Both the position numbers and the translations under genes were made by a program. From contig NMRA01000325.1 of NCBI GenBank assembly GCA_002633005.1, forward strand, positions 1 through 64,000: a stretch of 64,000 bases of DNA, in the 5' to 3' direction. Under the pieces are notes generated by a model. It made no database searches. It was given only the letters and a program-made list of their open reading frames with translations, and had not been told where the DNA came from. Shown piece after piece: positions 52,880-64,000 of this stretch. How positions within the stretch are numbered: position 1 is the first letter of the stretch; the number at the start of each line of letters is the position of its first letter. This DNA is from Phoronis australis (taxonomy: Eukaryota > Animalia > Phoronida).

Positions 52880-53290
52880 GCACAAATAAAAAAGTTTATG
52901 TTGATTTGACTTTCATCTATTCATTAGACATCATCAGGTTATAAACAACAAGACATCAAGTGTCGACATTCCAGTAGGTTAACATCCATGTAGTGAAATG
53001 AGTGTAACAAGAAATACAGGGAATAGTACATAGGTCAACACCATAGCTGTAGGGTAACTGAGCTCTGCATGTTATTCAGAGAACCAGCAGCATGCTGGTC
53101 CTGAATGGCCAATGACTCTTTAATGCACAGTAGTTCCTTTCTAGGTTCTTTACAGATAATACTGACTGAATTAGCTTGGTGATTGTTGCTAACACAATGC
53201 CTATAGACGTTGCTTTTGTCTGAGGTGTGATGTTCTGTCAGTCTGTCACATAGGGCGTCTCTGCATGAGTCCCATATAGACTTCCTTACA
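52880..53290 (-). mobile_element. Penelope-like element 3' fragment (end of GIY-YIG ORF plus pLTR)
   Basis: LCDRLTEHHTSDKSNVYRHC...LCIKESLAIQ...SLNNMQSSVTLQL is the typical end of a PLE GIY-YIG ORF. A CTGATGA...GAAA motif follows downstream. Confidence 0.8.
52900..52940 (-). ncRNA. Hammerhead ribozyme-like core in Penelope pLTR
   Basis: Minus strand CUGAUGA-u-GUCUA(augaa)UAGAU-GAAA: intact core boxes and stem II. Stems I and III look decayed. Confidence 0.5.
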
Positions 53291-53769
53291 GTTATCACAT
53301 TCAACCTAATAAACAACATTGCTATTGTTTAACAAAGGAATAGGAGACATAAGTTTACACAGCACATTGGAAAGTTTAGAAAGAGGTTTGAAAACAACTA
53401 TCAGCTCAACGGCTGGGTCTATGCAATGTACAAGACGAGATAATTGACATTTCAATTTCAAACTACTTGGCCCAGTGTAACCAAGAGAAAAGAAAACTTT
53501 CTTTTTCTAGGGTCCAATAACAGCTACGTTATCCGCCTCATTCATTTTTGAAAGGAAGTGCATTTTACAGCTATTCAAAAAATTCAGAGGGTAACCATTG
53601 GTATGCAATAACCGGAAAATCTTAGCTATGTCACTATCAAAATTTAAATGGGTAGAACAAATTCTCCAGGCATAGTGACTGTTGAATGAGATTATGACAG
53701 CACCCTCTCATAGCTAATACCCAATACATAACTGTACAAAGTGCGGTGGTGTTCCTAATTCATGAAATC

Positions 53770-63764
<9,995 letters not shown>

Positions 63765-64000
63765 GTTAACAGAGAGAGCTTGAAGAAAATCTGAAAATTG
63801 ATTGGTTGGTCTAGAGTTAGCGCGACACCTTGCATGCTATTACCGTACTACTGTGACTCTCTTGACTGAGCAGTTGTGGCCACGCGGCCCCGCATGTGCC
63901 TAATTGCGGGATCGAGCCTAATTGCGTTACGTAGGTGTATTCGCCTATGTGCGCTACATTTGAGTAGGCTAGAAGAACTTTCCTTGATAATGGAGCTCCG

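Noticed and set aside
63865-63930. tRNA-like A/B box remnants (GTGGCCACGCGG...GCGGGATCGAGCC)
   Set aside because: No cloverleaf; at most a decayed SINE head.

Overview
Eukaryotic (animal, probably marine invertebrate) genomic DNA: AT-rich, with spliceosomal introns and dense transposon relics; not prokaryotic. Exons were joined by hand using splice sites and phases. Genes: (1) an unrecognised 8-exon coiled-coil gene on + (648-8366) whose spliced N-terminus MGNKSS fits N-myristoylation; (2) a complete 15-exon PIBF1/CEP90 on - (10328-25668) with an NRF1/ETS housekeeping promoter; (3) an intronless UDP-glycosyltransferase (33279-34862) and a decayed tandem copy (about 27131-28689); (4) a secreted FAMeT-domain protein (44745-48378), possibly extending to a Cys-rich exon at 40056-40267; (5) a 4-exon ZCCHC10 (53770-63764) that apparently needs a GC-AG intron. 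Between and inside genes are LINE, Gypsy and Penelope fragments, MITEs with readable TSDs (5, 6 and 9 bp, and TTAA) and minisatellites. Best leads: Penelope-type minimal hammerhead ribozyme motifs (including an inverted pair), a transposon with phased CTCF-consensus motifs, CA...TG MITEs with 5-bp TSDs, and the orphan coiled-coil gene. I found no CRISPR array, rRNA or intact tRNA, and cannot support a wholly new multi-gene system. Single N bases at 7494, 14520 and 39206 mark assembly joins.
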